NCBI GenBank assembly: GCA_045837725.1
Contig: JBEWZL010000064.1
Span: 310,001 to 374,000 of the forward strand
Origin: Vermamoeba vermiformis
Taxonomy: Eukaryota
Direction of reading: 5' to 3'
Length of the DNA: 64,000 nt
In this document: positions 1-16,314 of the stretch, piece by piece
Layout of the letters: the number at the start of each line of letters is the position of its first letter
Position numbering within the stretch: position 1 is the first letter of the stretch
Position numbers and translations under genes: made by a program
The notes under the pieces: generated by a model
Seen by the model: only the letters and a program-made list of their open reading frames with translations
Told to the model about the DNA's origin: nothing
Databases searched by the model: none

Positions 1-401
1 TCGCCTGCCTAATTTTCATTAGAATTATTTAGATATTGTTATAAAATATTACCTCTCGATCCTGAGCCAAACTAGTATTAACGAGGATCTGTGCTGCAGG
101 GTGTTCTATCTTCAACAATTTCAAAATTGTTGCGCCATCTACAAAAAAATCAATAACTCAAATTTCAAAAATCACATAAATTATGGATATTCATACCATT
201 AGTAACAGTGAGTTTTCCATCGCGATAAATTAATTTATCTCTGCCTTTGGGACCGTAAGTTGATTTGATAATATTGACAACTGAGAGCGCCGCTTGAATA
301 TTACTGATTAACGCTTTATTCTCAAAATAATATATTGTTCCAGGTCGTAATATTGAGCTCGTTTGGGATTTGAACTCGTCATTGGTGTTCGTACTCATCA
401 A
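1..401 (-). CDS. TCP-1/cpn60 (CCT/thermosome-like) chaperonin subunit, 5' part; runs off the window start
   Basis: Spliced translation gives SNIQAALSVVNIIKSTYGPKGRDKLI..TVTN|DGATILKLLKIEHPAAQILV..AQDRE|AG, with GT-AG introns at about 196-139 and about 52-9. The subunit identity is unclear (divergent). Confidence 0.85.
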
Positions 402-462
402 GTTTTTGTTTCAAACTGTCTGGGATTTTCGTTCAAACCTGATAACAGATCGCAACAAGAGA

Positions 463-2107
<1,645 letters not shown>

Positions 2108-2598
2108 GTGGTAGGAATAAATATTCTTTCATATGAATTTACAAGGCGTCATTAAATTATTAAAATGTTTTGTTATTACTAATTTGAAAAAGCTGAAAAA
2201 TTAACAAGCGGAATTTACGCGAGTGCATCTGTTACCAGGTCCACGCAAGGTATTGATTGTTGTACAACCTGCTAATATATTTTTTAAATATAATATCCAC
2301 GCGATTTCAGCGTTTACTTCGTCAAAATTATGTGGCATCCGTCATTTCTTATTTTTGATAACCCTTGCACTTCTGATTCTCAGCTCCCACTTCTGGTCGT
2401 TATGTATACACCTAATTAATTGAATGGTAAAAAGTTATCGGAACGGAATTGCGGGCTTTACTGTTGCGCCAATAGGCAATTTTCAAATAAAATTGAAACG
2501 CATAAAACTCGAAAAAAAACACCCGTGCCATTAATTTTAAACAGAGCTTAATCACGACACCACACATCTTGTCGTATTGTTAACATAGAGAATTAATT

Positions 2599-3586
2599 AT
2601 GTCATTATATAACGCACCAAAGAAAGCAGTACCAGCTGTCGGCCAAGACGACGGATTGTAAGTAACCCGATCTGCGGAATATAATTATTACAATGTCACA
2701 GCTTATTCTTGTATTAACTATTGGTATGTAGTGACAAGCTGCTCAAGTTATTGATTGTCGGAGAAAGTGGCGTTGGCAAATCTTCGATCTTGACTCGTTT
2801 TACTGAAGATACGTTTTCAAGCGATTTTATGACCACTATTGGAGTCGATTTTAAATTCAAGTCATTAATTATCGAGGGCAAAACTATTAGGTAAGTTAAT
2901 ATAGATCCTATGACGTCGACAGAAAAATCGAATTAATTTTCGTTTTTTCATTTTAGACTCCAAATCTGGGATACTGCCGGACAAGAACGTTTCAGAGCCA
3001 TCACAACTTGCTATTACAGGTACATTTTAATTAATTCTGATTGAAAATTATTTGAAAACCGTTTATGCTGATCGTATTCTTTTTAGAGGCGCGCAGGGTA
3101 TTTTGCTCGTATTTGACGTTACGCAGCCAGAGACCTTCCAAAAATTGCCCTTATGGCTCGAAGAAATCAGAAAAAATTGCAAGAAGGACGTCAAAGTCGT
3201 CGTTGCAGCGAACAAGATTGACGAGAAAGTTAAAAATGTGGATATGAACTCCGTCAAAGAATTTTGCGACAAAAACAACCTTAAATATATCGAGACTTCA
3301 GCTAAAGAAAATACAAACATTGAAAAAGTATTCACTGAATTGGCTAAAAGCGTTTTGGGCAACACGTAAGTAACCACCAAAATTCAATAAATTTAAAATA
3401 GAATACTAGCATGACGTTAAATATAGTCCCTAAATATTGCAAAAATTAGTTGAGACAGTAAGGTCTAATCAAGAATTTAAATATAGATTGCAAACCTCCG
3501 ACTTCAAAAATAAGGCTGGCTTGACGAACACTGTTAAAGTCGATGTAGATAACCAAGAGAAGCCTCAAGGAAATTGCTCGTGCTAA
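2599..3586 (+). CDS. Rab-family small GTPase (Rab1/Rab8-like), multi-exon
   Basis: Motifs [27 protein letters not shown] and ETSAK; C-terminal CSC geranylgeranylation motif. Confidence 0.95.
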
Positions 3587-3948
3587 TACTAGTCACCATT
3601 ATAAACTCCCTCCATGCCAAGGGTAGTAGCACCCTCAGACCAAACCCCATGCATCTGATCCACCGCAAAACGGTAATCCCGCCCAAACATTTTTGATGTA
3701 AATAGTGTCGCAGTGTAATAAATATTATTATATAGCTATGTCTTGTGTTAGTATTAGCCCAATGGAGCTTGACGAAGTGAGCTGTCCGTGGGTTAACGCG
3801 AGAAGCTACGTGTCAAGATCTGCGGCTGTCACACTGTGACTCGTACACGATGACAGTTAGCCTCGCTGTGTCAACACTGCTCCACAGCAAAGCGAATTCT
3901 TCGCGGGTTTAAGCAATATTTAATAAATAATGAACAAAATAGACGAGC

Positions 3949-5744
3949 TTATTTCAACAACAAGCAGTGTTGCATGCCGGTGTTGTCAAGCAGAGCACGG
4001 TACTCGAGACCATCGACGTTGACTTTCTTGCGTGCCACAACTGCGCGCTCCATAGGCACGTGCACGACAGTATCGTTCATGACACCGATCATCATGCCTG
4101 TCTTGCCTGCCAGTGCTGCGTGAGCTGCTTGATGTGCCAACATGACACAGAACACTGAGTCTTGTGCCACGGTCGGGGCACTGCGAATAGTGTATGAAGG
4201 GTCGATGTATTTAACTACATAATAAGTGTGATCAGAATTGCATTCAAACGAGCTATAAAACAATGGTTAAGGACGTACCAGTGTGCTCAATCTTCTTGGA
4301 CCTCAAGTGCTCTTCAATCTTAGCCTTGAGCCAGACACCAATATCGAGGAACTTTACGTTGCCACTAGCGTCAATTCCAGCACTGCCCAAATGTTGACCA
4401 GCACCTTCTGACACGACAATAAGAATGTGTCCTCTGCACGATAAAAATTCATTAGAACGATATTAGAATGAGGTATTTGTAGTATTGAAATTGACGTACC
4501 GTTCTCGCAAACGTTGTTCAACATTTTCTAAGACTTTTTCAGTGGTAAACGGAACTTCGGGGATCAGCAACAAATTGACGTCGCTGTTCGCCAAGGCAGC
4601 GTGCAATGCAATAAAACCACTGTCTCTGCCCATCAACTTGACAAGACCAATGCCATTTCTAGCACCACGTGCTTCTTCGTGCGCTGCTTCGAGCGAGGCA
4701 AGGGCGAGTTGAACGGCAGTTTGAAAACCAAAAGTTCGTTCAGTGCACGCCAAATCATTGTCAATAGTCTTAGGAATACCAACAACACCTATCATAATTA
4801 AAAGTTAATATTTAAACGCATTCTACGAATAAAAATAAATATTTAAGAGTTGATCTGAACGTACCAATCTTTAATCCTCGACGAGCAATCTCAGATTCAA
4901 TCTCCAAGGCTCCTTTTTGAGTGCCATCACCACCAATAGTAAATAAAACATCAATCTTCTTTTGTACTAAGAAATCAACCATAACTGGAACTTTTTGAGG
5001 ACCACGCGATGTGCCGAGCATAGTACCACCGAATCGATGGATGTCTATAATAATAAAATAGTATTAAAATCATGATAGTGTTAACTTTGCAATAATTTAC
5101 CTCGAACCTCTGCGGGTGTCAACTCGATTACTTGAGCAATCTCTGGGTTCAAGCCTTCAAAGCCGTATTTCAAACCAAGAATTCTTCTAACGCCATATCT
5201 CCACCATCTATATTCAATATTGCGATTATTATGTGGAATTCTCTGCGCTTCAAATATTCGATCCACTTTTCGAACAAAGACACCAAATAGTAGCGAATTT
5301 TAGATGAGATAGCATTTGTGCAAAATATATTTGAGGCTTACAATACATTGACGAGCGATCTGATAACGTTGTTCAATCCCTATAAAACCGCAACAATTAA
5401 TAAATATTTGGATCGGAAATAAATCGTTCCAAAAAATTCTGAAATTAATTTTTTTGGTCGATATCGACCATATTACTTACAGGGCTCAAGCCACCAGCAG
5501 TTGTAATTGCTACGGTAGTTTTTGGCGGATCAAAATAGAGAGTTTTTCTTGGGCCAGCCTTTTCCACGACAATAGGCAAGTCTTCTTTGATAAAAGTCAA
5601 CGATTGATGTACTGAAGGGTCGATAGTCAAGTAGTGATCGTCATAGAAAGAACTGCAGTCACCCAAAGGAGTTGGGATCATGTTCTCGCCGGGCAAGTGA
5701 CGGATCGTGAATGGAATTGATTTTTGCGAGGCAGCAATAGACAT
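3949..5744 (-). CDS. 6-phosphofructokinase, PfkA group II (plant/kinetoplastid-like ATP-dependent type), multi-exon
   Basis: Motifs AGPRKTLYF, TAGGLSPG, LGTSRG, GGDGTQKG, PKTIDND, LMGRDSGFIA and KYIDPSYTIRS. Confidence 0.93.
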
Positions 5745-6159
5745 TATTTGTGGTTGTACGTTTGTAATGCTAGTTAAAAGTAACGAATGTGCGCACAGTC
5801 AAAAAGTGTTCAATCTCCGTTCATGAAAAGAACGTGCAACGTTTTGCAAGAATGAGAACGAACAAGGGGCAAATTATTGATTCAATTAAGCTTCAGGTGC
5901 ATATGAGAGCAAAAGATTGCTCGCAATGTCGCAACTAGCCTTTGTGGACCTTTCAAAAACGAATCTGAACAATTTTGTTCGATTAACATTACATATTTGC
6001 GCCATTGGGTTCAGTTTTTCGGGTGGATTAATGTTTTGAGCCTTAGATACACTTCGCTAGCAATTTTGACTTTGTTTGACCAGGGCACATTGATTTTTAT
6101 TTTGTACAAAGTCTTTTTGTGTCTTACTTTACAAAACACTTAAACCACACTCATTCATC

Positions 6160-6934
6160 ATGGCCACTCGTGCTCACGCTTCTGCTGTTTTCAACCAACC
6201 CATCGACGTTGTTTGGAAGCACGTACGCGAGTTTGGTATGGGTCTTTGAGACGAAAAACTTTTTAAATTGCAGATTTAGGAAAATGAGAATGAAATTCAA
6301 ATATTTTGTGGCACTCTATGTATCATTAATTATATGGGGATCCTCAGACTAATTTATTCTTTCGTTTTCAGATTTCCCTGCTCGCCTCTTGCCCTCAACT
6401 ATCCAAAAGGTCGAGCTCGAAGGCGCCGCTGGCTCTACCGCTGTCGGTGCTGGTAAGATCATATTTTTACTAATTATTTGGCCACACGAATCAAAATTAA
6501 ATTGGGTTGATATTTTTAGTCCGCAAAATCCAATGGAAGAATGGTGAGTGGAGAAGACAACGCTTGATCGAGCTTTCCGACCAATACCACAAGATCGTTT
6601 GGGTAAGTATTAGCGATCATTTACAACCAAAGCGCTTTATGTTTACGGTGGATTTTGTTTAGGAATCCATCGAGTCTGAGCCCCCCACTGAAGCCAGCGC
6701 TATCATTACCTCCATCAAGCTCTACAGAATTTCTGAGACCAACAGCACTCTTGTTGAATGGTACGTTTTGCTTGTTTCCATCGCGTTGGCTTTAGCTCGT
6801 ACTGATCGAATTATTTTCAAAATTGCAGGAGCTCTGACTTCTCTGCCGATGCTGCCAACGGTTTGATCGTCTTCGAGACCAAGAGCTACTTGGAGAACTT
6901 GAAGGAGATGCGCGAAACTCTCGCCAAGCACTAA
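6160..6934 (+). CDS. SRPBCC / Bet v1-like (polyketide cyclase-2 family) protein, multi-exon
   Basis: Spliced translation MATRAHASAVFNQPIDVVWKHVRE..VGAVRKIQWKNG..RLIELSD..TLVEWSSDF fits the START/SRPBCC fold pattern. Confidence 0.8.
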
Positions 6935-7172
6935 ACGTCACGTGTTGGATTCGATCGAGTTGAATTGAAGCTTATTTGTCTTCGTACAAATAAACCTGTT
7001 ACAATACTAAAAAATAGCACCTTCGCTATGATGTGGGTTGAAATTTTTACAGGTGGATCTTTATTAATGATTTCTTTCTATTACACATAAATCCTGAAGG
7101 TGGATCTTTGAAACAAGATGATACGTTTACCAATGCTTATTTAACGTTGATAAACATGACATCATATTCTAT

Positions 7173-7869
<697 letters not shown>

Positions 7870-8021
7870 TTTGTATTATACAAGAAATTGTTATGATCTG
7901 TTGTTTTCTTGCTGGGCTGAAACGAAAAAAGAGACGTTTTATTTTTGTATTTTATTTGAATGAAGACGCACCAGCTCTTCCGGCAGTAATATTATAACCA
8001 CAATACATATTTTATATCACA

Positions 8022-10169
8022 ATGAGTCATAAAGTGCTTGTAGATACAAGCGTGCAATCGTATTTCGAAGATTCGCTTTTTAACCAAAATCCACAAAGCC
8101 AAGAAGTTCAAAGCGGTCTAATAATTGGCCAGGTAATAATTATTTATAAATTAAATTAAATTAATCATAAATATTCAGCGCTCCTCGACTCAAGACTTAA
8201 TTTTCAGCGTGTTTCCAACAGCTGCTCAAGGTAAATTTGATTATTAACATTATTATTGCATTTTACAATATTTACGCATATTGTACGTATAATTAGAAAC
8301 AGAAGCATCCAATTTGATCGATGAAGCATGGATCTTGGAACACGCCTATCAAGTCTCGCGCATGCTGTGTGGTGGTCAATTTATTATGGGTCTCTATATA
8401 TACAGTACTCCTCAGCGCCACACGTCGTTGACTGGTGCTTTGCAACACATTATGACGCAGCTAAGCAAACAGAACCGCGCTTCATTTGACGGTCATCCCG
8501 AACTTGCCAGCCTATACAAAGACTTACTATTGTTCCAATTGGAATCTAATACTAAGAAGTAAGTATATTATAGTCTAAGTATATTTAGCTTTACAAGTCA
8601 GATCTGAGGTTGTCGTAGTCTTTAAAGTTACAAGAGATGTCTATTACAATCACAATATGTATTTTGATACTGATTGATATACATTGTAGGACGAGCTGCA
8701 AGTTGTATAATATAGAGGAGTCTAAAGTGAATATAAAAGCTACAGAGATGAAAGTCAGATCCGTTTTGTCGGATGTGCACTTACTTGAGACCAATTGGAG
8801 CGTAGAGCTAAATGTGCCGATTATTAAAGATAAAATATTACAAGAACAAATTCAAGTAAGACTCACCATTATGGCTTCATCCAGCAAACGGTGATCGCGT
8901 ACTGACAATGAAAATTCTTAGGACAAAATTAAACTAGAGTCTAGCGCTATAATGGCATCTTTTGCTCTTGAAAAGGATCAACCTGTAAATAACGACGAGC
9001 CTATTGTTCCTGCAACCGCTGAAAAGAAGGTACTTGATAACAATCGATTTGTTGACTGTAACGCTAATATGAATTGAATAGAACAAGCAAGGTGGTGCTA
9101 AAAAAGGTGGAAATAAGAAAAAAGACGATAAGTCGTTCAGCGGATCTATTCCAGTACACGCGATCAGTTTATTGGCTGTGGCTGGAATTGTTGCCAATAA
9201 CTCCGAACAGACTAAGAGCACGAACAATAATAATCTCAACGAAGAAGAACAGGCTCCTGGAACTGTTACAATCAACGGTCAACTCGTCGGCAAAGCTTAT
9301 GTCAATGTTAAAGAGTCTTGGGCTACCGCTGTAAAGGTATGACTTTGAGCATTGGAACTACTACTCAATATTCGTGCTAACAAACTACACGAGTAGTATT
9401 TGAAACTGGATGTAGCGCGCAGTCTTCAAACGCGATTTGAGCTGTTGTGCGAGACGTTAGAAGCGCTGGAGCAAGACGAAAAGAAGGCGGATCCAAACAC
9501 TCGTAAGTCCTCGCGTGATTAGCGCTGATTGCGGTATCTAATCGTTGTTTCTCTGCTTAAGCTTATTTCAATCCTCTGCCTCTTGGAGTCTCTAACTTAT
9601 TGTCGCACACGTGGCTATTGCCTCGTCGTGTGTTCACTGAAAATAATCATATGGTCTATTGCGACTACTTGTCGTCAATTGATACCATTGAGGTAAGTAT
9701 ATACGAAGTCGAGTTGAATGCGCATGAAGTTATTATTGGAGTTATAAATCTTAATTTAACATTCTTCGTTTTCTGTAGGATTGCGTGGAGCGATTTTCCG
9801 CCATGCTAGCCATCAAAACTAACTCCGACAAATTACAGCAGTCGGAGAAGTTCAATAGTACGTACAATTATACTATGATAGGCTCTAATGAACGATTAGA
9901 TTCTAGAAGATGCGTTAGCGAGCGAGATGATGTGGTCCAAGAAACCTATCAAAAAGCGTGCTAATAAGAAGAGCGAAGATCGTGTAAGGTCAAATTTCGA
10001 ACTGCTTCAAGAAGAACTGGCGGCCAATCCTGAGATCATCTCGCGCACTCAGTTGAATACTTCTCAGCTCTTATATGAGCCCGAAAAGCGAAAGAAAAGA
10101 ACTCAATGGTCTGTGGCCATACTAGTACTTATCATCGCTTCCATTGTTGCGCGATTGTTCTTCGTTTAG
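8022..10169 (+). CDS. ODR4: ODR-4 homolog (tail-anchored ER protein), multi-exon
   Basis: Motifs GLIIGQ, IDEAWILEHAYQVSRMLCGG, LPRRVF and CDYL; C-terminal transmembrane helix. Confidence 0.85.
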
Positions 10170-10538
10170 TAAATTCGGATCATTATCCGTTTCGGTTTCT
10201 GAAATCACAAACACTCGATCGAATTCGACAGCGGAGTCTTGACCGTATAATTCCGTAGATATATAGACCGAAATTCCCTCTCTTTTTAAAGCACCTCGAA
10301 AATACGCATCTCCAAAAAAAGACCAGCAAACCGGTTTTCAAGTGAAACTTATTTCGATCTCGTTTGCGCTTAAAAGCAACATTCCGTCAACTCGTAAGCA
10401 AGTTGTGCATGCGGAGCCTGGATGCGGTAAAGATTAAAAACAGGCACGTGGCTCCTAAAAAAAGACCATGGCCGTTTTTTTTTTAACTTTGTCGGCAAAC
10501 AAAAAATTTTTTTTTATCTTCACCAAAATCGTACAACG

Positions 10539-12323
10539 ATGACCACAATTCAAATATTATTGTTGCTTGTTGGACTTAGCGCAGTGTTTGCGCAGTTTGA
10601 GCAATGCTACGACTTAGTCAACGGATTAAATCCAGAGAGCGGTCAATTTTCCGATCCGGTCTTTGTCAACGGTCAGGCATTCGGCACATTCTGGTACAAC
10701 TTCACCGATATTAATGGCAAACAAAGAAATAGTGGTAACAGCTACGAAGGCTTCTCCTGGCCATGGAAATCCCGCTGTGTACAACTCTGGCAATGGAGGC
10801 AACACACCAGCTTTAACTACTGACGATGGTTATGGCATGTTCTCGGAATCTTCCTGCTCCAGGTTTTAACGGGTGGGAATGGAACAACAATTATGATGGC
10901 AGTAGCAACACTAACAAAGAAGTTCGCATGTGCGGAAACGATAACGAAACTTTCACCGATGGTCCCGGCGTCATGATGAGCTCCACTTCATGGTGGGACA
11001 TCCTTCTTCCGCCCGCTTATAATTTGACGTTCTGGCAGAAGGTTTACGTTCCATCTGGTACGATTCACAGTGGATTTAAATCCAAAGACTAACGAACGGT
11101 TAATTGCAGCTCCGACCGCTAACTGGGCCCGTGTCATTCACTACGTCCATAATCCTGGAGGCAAGACGCTGCGCATGTATTATACAGCAAGTGCCTACCA
11201 TAATCCTTCCGCGATGTTCATCAATGCAGGCGGTAGCGAGCGATTCGGCATTTTGTAAGGAAAAGCCCTCACATATTGTTCTCCTTACTAATTGTGATCC
11301 AAATTAAGCTCCGACATTGACCAAGGCAGAGCTATTGCCTACATCCCAACAACGTTCAACTGGATGGGCAAAAATGCGCGACTCCGAGTCAGTGGAAGCT
11401 TACAGTTTGGATTGCACTGTCTATGCCCTGACCTCTGAATTTGATTTGGCACCGGGTAATTAATCCAACACCTTCAGGATTCCAAATCCAAATTTTAACT
11501 TTCGAACGGATTAGGTGCGACGGTTGGCTTCATGATATCTACTCGCAGAATATGAATATCAGTCAAGCCACAAACACTGCCAAGTGGGTGGATACAAACC
11601 CTGCTGAACTCTACGCAAGTAAGTCTAATCGAGATCGGCATCTTTGCTCCACCAGTCTCCAGGTCGATCCTCTTTTACAAATATTCTTTTGGTATAATGT
11701 CTCTTATTAACTCTTGTTGCAGAGCTTACTGATGATGATATTACCTCGATTGTGAATTGGGACGCTTGTACTACCATGTTCGGTTCTGAAGTTTCGATCG
11801 AGGTCACCCAAGCCGACAAGTGCTCCACCTCTGGGGCTCAGATTGCCATCTCTACTACTGGCACTACATTGGGTGGAAGCATTACTCATCGCGTACTCAA
11901 CGCTGATGGTGAAGTTGTCGCTTCGAATGTGACCACCTCCGTTACTTTAACTCAAGCTGGTAGCTACGTTCTTGAAAGCTGGTGGAGTGGTTGTATCGTC
12001 AAGAGAACTCCTTTCACTGCCGTTATCAGTAAGTCACCCAACATTGGTCTTTCAATAATAATATGAATATGAATATTAATTTCCTCGAAGATGACGCCTC
12101 TTGGAACTCCAACACTCGTAAAATTAACGGCAGCAATGGTCCTTTCAAATTCGCTGCCAGCGGCTCCAATACGATCACCGTCACTGATAAGAACGGTTGC
12201 TCTTTTACTGGTTCTTTTACCATGATCGGCTCTCCTTCAACTCCAGGAAAGAAGTCTAATGATGGCGAGAGTGTCGTTCCTTCTTTGGTGTTGGCAATTG
12301 CTGGTTTGGCCTATTTGCTTTAA
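10539..12323 (+). CDS. Secreted, probably GPI-anchored beta-rich surface protein; reading frame interrupted by about 5 single-base insertions
   Basis: Signal peptide MTTIQILLLLVGLSAVFA and hydrophobic C-terminal tail SVVPSLVLAIAGLAYLL. Introns at about 11255-11308, 11618-11722 and 12029-12090. The ORF pieces join after removing single bases. Confidence 0.7.
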
Positions 12324-12461
12324 AATATAAAACGAGCGCTGCACTCGTACCTTGGAGGCAGTGCGTTCTTTATCGATTTCAAGGCGTGCTTTTGTGCAAA
12401 GGGAGATTATTTTAGTGTTTATGTACATGATGATGTTACAGGGTGCTAAGCATACTTATCG

Positions 12462-13684
12462 TTACCTCCAATTTGATGTGAATTTAACAGTTTTTTTGTG
12501 CTTCCGGCTCTCTTGGTTGATCTGATCTGCAATAATGGCGCCTTTAGCAACAAAAATATATCCAACTCGGCAAACAAATAGATACCCGTCCTTATTATCC
12601 ACATAAAATGCCATTGGTGCTAATCTGTCGCGAAGAATTAACGAGATCACGATGACGCTGTAGCCGAAGAAGACATTCATCGCGGCTGAGGGGTATTCAG
12701 TGGCTGAAACGCCTACTATTATGCACATTGCCGACAATACACCCATTTCGAACATGTCAACTGGCCTAAGGTTGAACAGAAGGGTTAATACCAAAAAAGG
12801 AAAGGTGATCCGCTGCTTACCCAGAGATGCCAGCGACCATTAACAATAAAGTAGCCACAATATTGGCGAATAATACTATTGCTCCTATAATCTTCCATTT
12901 AGGCGCTATTCTTTTGCTTTTGAACCAAACAGCGTGGATCTGAACAATTTGAGATCTTGTGATCGGAGTTAAAAATAGAAGCACTTACAACTCCGAATGC
13001 CACACAACTTGCTATGGATGTTGATGTAACGATATGAAACTGTTCTACTAAAGCATTGAGCTGAAAACCAGTTAGCAGATCGGATTTCGTTGTCGGTCAT
13101 GAATCTAGCTTACCCATTCGAGGTTTAACAAGGAGTTCCAAAAAGCTAAGAATAGAAGTGCAGTCTGAGTGACTGTTTTACTAGGGTTAGTACCAAACTC
13201 AACTGGAGATAAAAAACAGGACGAAAACTAAACGTGACATCTGGTTTCCGGATGCGATGTTGAAATCCGATTCATTAATTAATTGAATTGGCTGTCAGTA
13301 ATATTTTAAATATATTTTGCTACCTAGACATTAGCATGCCAATTACTTGCGGACTGAAATCCGGAAAAAATTTAATAAAATACTTCAATAATTATTCCAA
13401 CTATTAACGAAGCAGTAAAATGTTTTTATATGAGTATAAGCGTTGATTATTTTCAATTTTTCTTGCGACAACACAAGAATTACTAACACTTACGAAAACT
13501 CGTTAAGTATAACCGCCTTGTAAGTCTAGAGCTCCGAACCTACCAAATTTATTAATAACAGCTTCAGAATATCGAGGATTGTGCTTACCTCACTGTAGAT
13601 TCGGTGAGCATTGTAGACTGCGATCCCAAGTGACACCAGAATCAGCGGAGGCGTTGAATCAATATGAGTAAATTTGATATTCAT
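12462..13684 (-). CDS. Uncharacterised multi-pass membrane protein, multi-exon
   Basis: ATG at 13684 (MNIKFTHIDSTPPLILVSLG..), GT-AG-bounded exons and a hydrophobic final exon (ORF 12462-12794). Confidence 0.5.
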
Positions 13685-14083
13685 GTTAAAAGTTATAATA
13701 AGGGCATTGGTGCTCTTCGTATTTCCACAGTAAACATGAATTGAAACGTCAGAACGTACTTTTTATTTGGAAATAATCTAATAATAGAACAATTGCATTC
13801 GTACTTATAATGCTAAAGAGAAGATGCCTAACCTCATACAAGGATTACGTAGACGTCTTGTCATTCGTTCTTGAATTTGTAACGTGCCATCACAAGATCC
13901 AAATCTTTGCTATGATTGCTCGACAGATCCATGGATTAAAATTAAGTAAAATGTCTAGCTTATATTACGATAGTAGATTGCGGAAGCGTCCAAATTAATT
14001 CTGCATGGCTGTACAAAGTTTTATTCATTTTCGCCGTATTAGGAAATGTATAAAATTTAGCTGTAATTGTTCCATGGTGCATA

Positions 14084-15967
14084 TTAATTGAAACCATTCC
14101 AATATTCAGCGACAAAATCTTGATTTGGCATGATCACATCCGGATTCCAGAGCCAGTTGTTTGAGTGGCATTGATTGTCGAGGTCTTTTTGACAATCCTC
14201 TTGATTAAATACGGCATGTAGACACTCATTAAGCTTCTCTTGTTTCTGTTCATTTGTCAAATCTTTGTCGAAAGTAAATCCGCTTCTGCAGACAAAGAGA
14301 CGTTTGAGATCTGAATGCTGGTTTAGCACTTCGCAGATACGAGAATTGGCCTCCCTCGCGTGAATAATCTTCACCGGTCCATCTAATATCATCGTTTGTT
14401 GATGATATCGTTTGGAGTCCCAGCCTGAATTAGATCCAGCGTCAAAAATTTGTCGATCGGATTTGGATCTTACCTTCATTTTCACCAGGAGAAAATCTGC
14501 ACGAATGAGTTGATCGTAATAATCCAATGTGCACTTTTCCAGCTCGATTTCTCATTGCTCGCAACAGTCTCTTTTGATCATCGCCGTAATAAAAGTCCGA
14601 GAATTCATTGAACCATTCCTTCAGTAACAGCCGTGTTCTTTCGCTCCATTTATAGGCAAAAACTCCGCAATCAGGCAAGTGGAACACGTTGGGAACGTGT
14701 CCATTAATAGCAAAGTCGTATTGATGTTCGTTCATGAAATCGAAAAACGAATCCAATTCGCCGCAGTTCCACGTGTCCGAGTCTACAAATAGTGAAATAT
14801 GATACGGTGCTAATGAAGCGTATATGACTCTTGTAACGAACTGTCGGCCTTCGTTGAACAAAAATTCGTCTTTGATGCCAATTATTCTGTCGAAAATTTG
14901 ATCTCGATCCACAAAGTTTCTATCATTTGTAAATAAGGTCAATTGAGCTGCGCCACCTTTCGGATGATTTTTCCTATAAATTCTTGCTGAAACTACTGCT
15001 GCTTCTAACGATCTATCCAATTCCCATTGACCGAGGCCGTACGAGAAAAAATTGATGCTATTTCCTTTTTTTGGAATGTACTTGGCGTAATCCAACTGCA
15101 AAGCCACATCAGCTCTAAAAGTGTGATTTGTGTTGACTAATTGAATCGTGCCCGTGCAATAGGTCTCCAAACAAGTCGTGTCAACAAACGCATCCGCTCT
15201 GCCATGATAACTGTATGCTCGGTGCCATATCGCCGTATTGTTTTTTTTAACGAACATTCTGCTCGCGAGCCACGCAGCGTGCCATCGATGCTCTGAAAGT
15301 GCACCGTAATGGACAATATCGCATTCGTACCTCTTTTGATGGAATGTGAAGTCATATAGTGCTTGTTCGAATGGGCCTGATATTATTTGAAGGTTCTATA
15401 ATAAAGTTACTATGGTTAGTACGTTCAGTAAAAGTACGAACTCGATCCCAGATCCGAAATGTCAAATTTCGAAAATAATAAGAAAGCGCTCAAGCGACTA
15501 ATTCACTACTAAATTAAATTCTTTATTACGTGCATACGATTAGTAAGCTTAAAAATAATTATTAAATTATGACAAACCTTAACGTTCGAATTTAACTAAC
15601 TATATCTCAATAGTTTTTGATAATTATAATCTTATCCAGTTAATCTTACCTTAGAGGATGCAGCGCTATCATCTTTTTGATGAATAATAAATATTTTGTA
15701 ATTGTGTTTGGGCTTGTTGAACTTGATCCATTCTTCTATTATTGATCCGGGGACCGAAATAAGGCAAATATTGCCTCCTTCATATTTTAATTTATCATAG
15801 ACCTCTGTAATTTTGTGAGGATCGATTATTTCATCAGCTAATCCATCTGAACTCGGATCGACCTCTCCGTTTGTTCGCGCTGCCCAACTAGACGAGAAAA
15901 TAATAGCAGTGAGCGATATTGCGACGCATAATACTATAAATACAATGATCTGCTTCTTCCTCGTCAT
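14084..15967 (-). CDS. Type II membrane protein, putative GT-A glycosyltransferase
   Basis: N-terminal signal-anchor (MTRKKQIIVFIVLCVAISL), DxD motif LFVDSD, DCGVFAY and GDDQ. Intron at about 14473-14425; one homopolymer frameshift at 15241-15248. Confidence 0.65.
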
Positions 15968-16314
15968 GGTTTGAAACAGCCAATAAAATGTCAAAATTAT
16001 TTTAGATCTGACACATACCCCACAATCTACTGCCATAATCAGGTCTTACAGTCTTCGCAATTAAGAAGTTTTGCAAGGTTAAGTATCTTCTCGACGTCGA
16101 CTTAAAGGTTATTCCGATCGAAGACGCTTACCAAATCCACATTTTCAGAGCTACACAGCTGTTGTGTGGGTGCTGCGTGCGTAGCATTGAACTCATTATA
16201 CAATCTAAATGCTAATATTGTGCATAATTGAAAAGGGAAGCGGTACTGGACTGAAATTTAGTTACCGTTATTTTGATCTTCCTCTCCAAGGCTGTAACAA
16301 CTTCGAGTGCTATA

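Noticed and set aside
14425-14473. Apparent frameshift between ORFs 14442-15257 and 14084-14527
   Set aside because: Explained by a canonical GT-AG intron (GAAG|gtaaga...ttcag|GCTGG).
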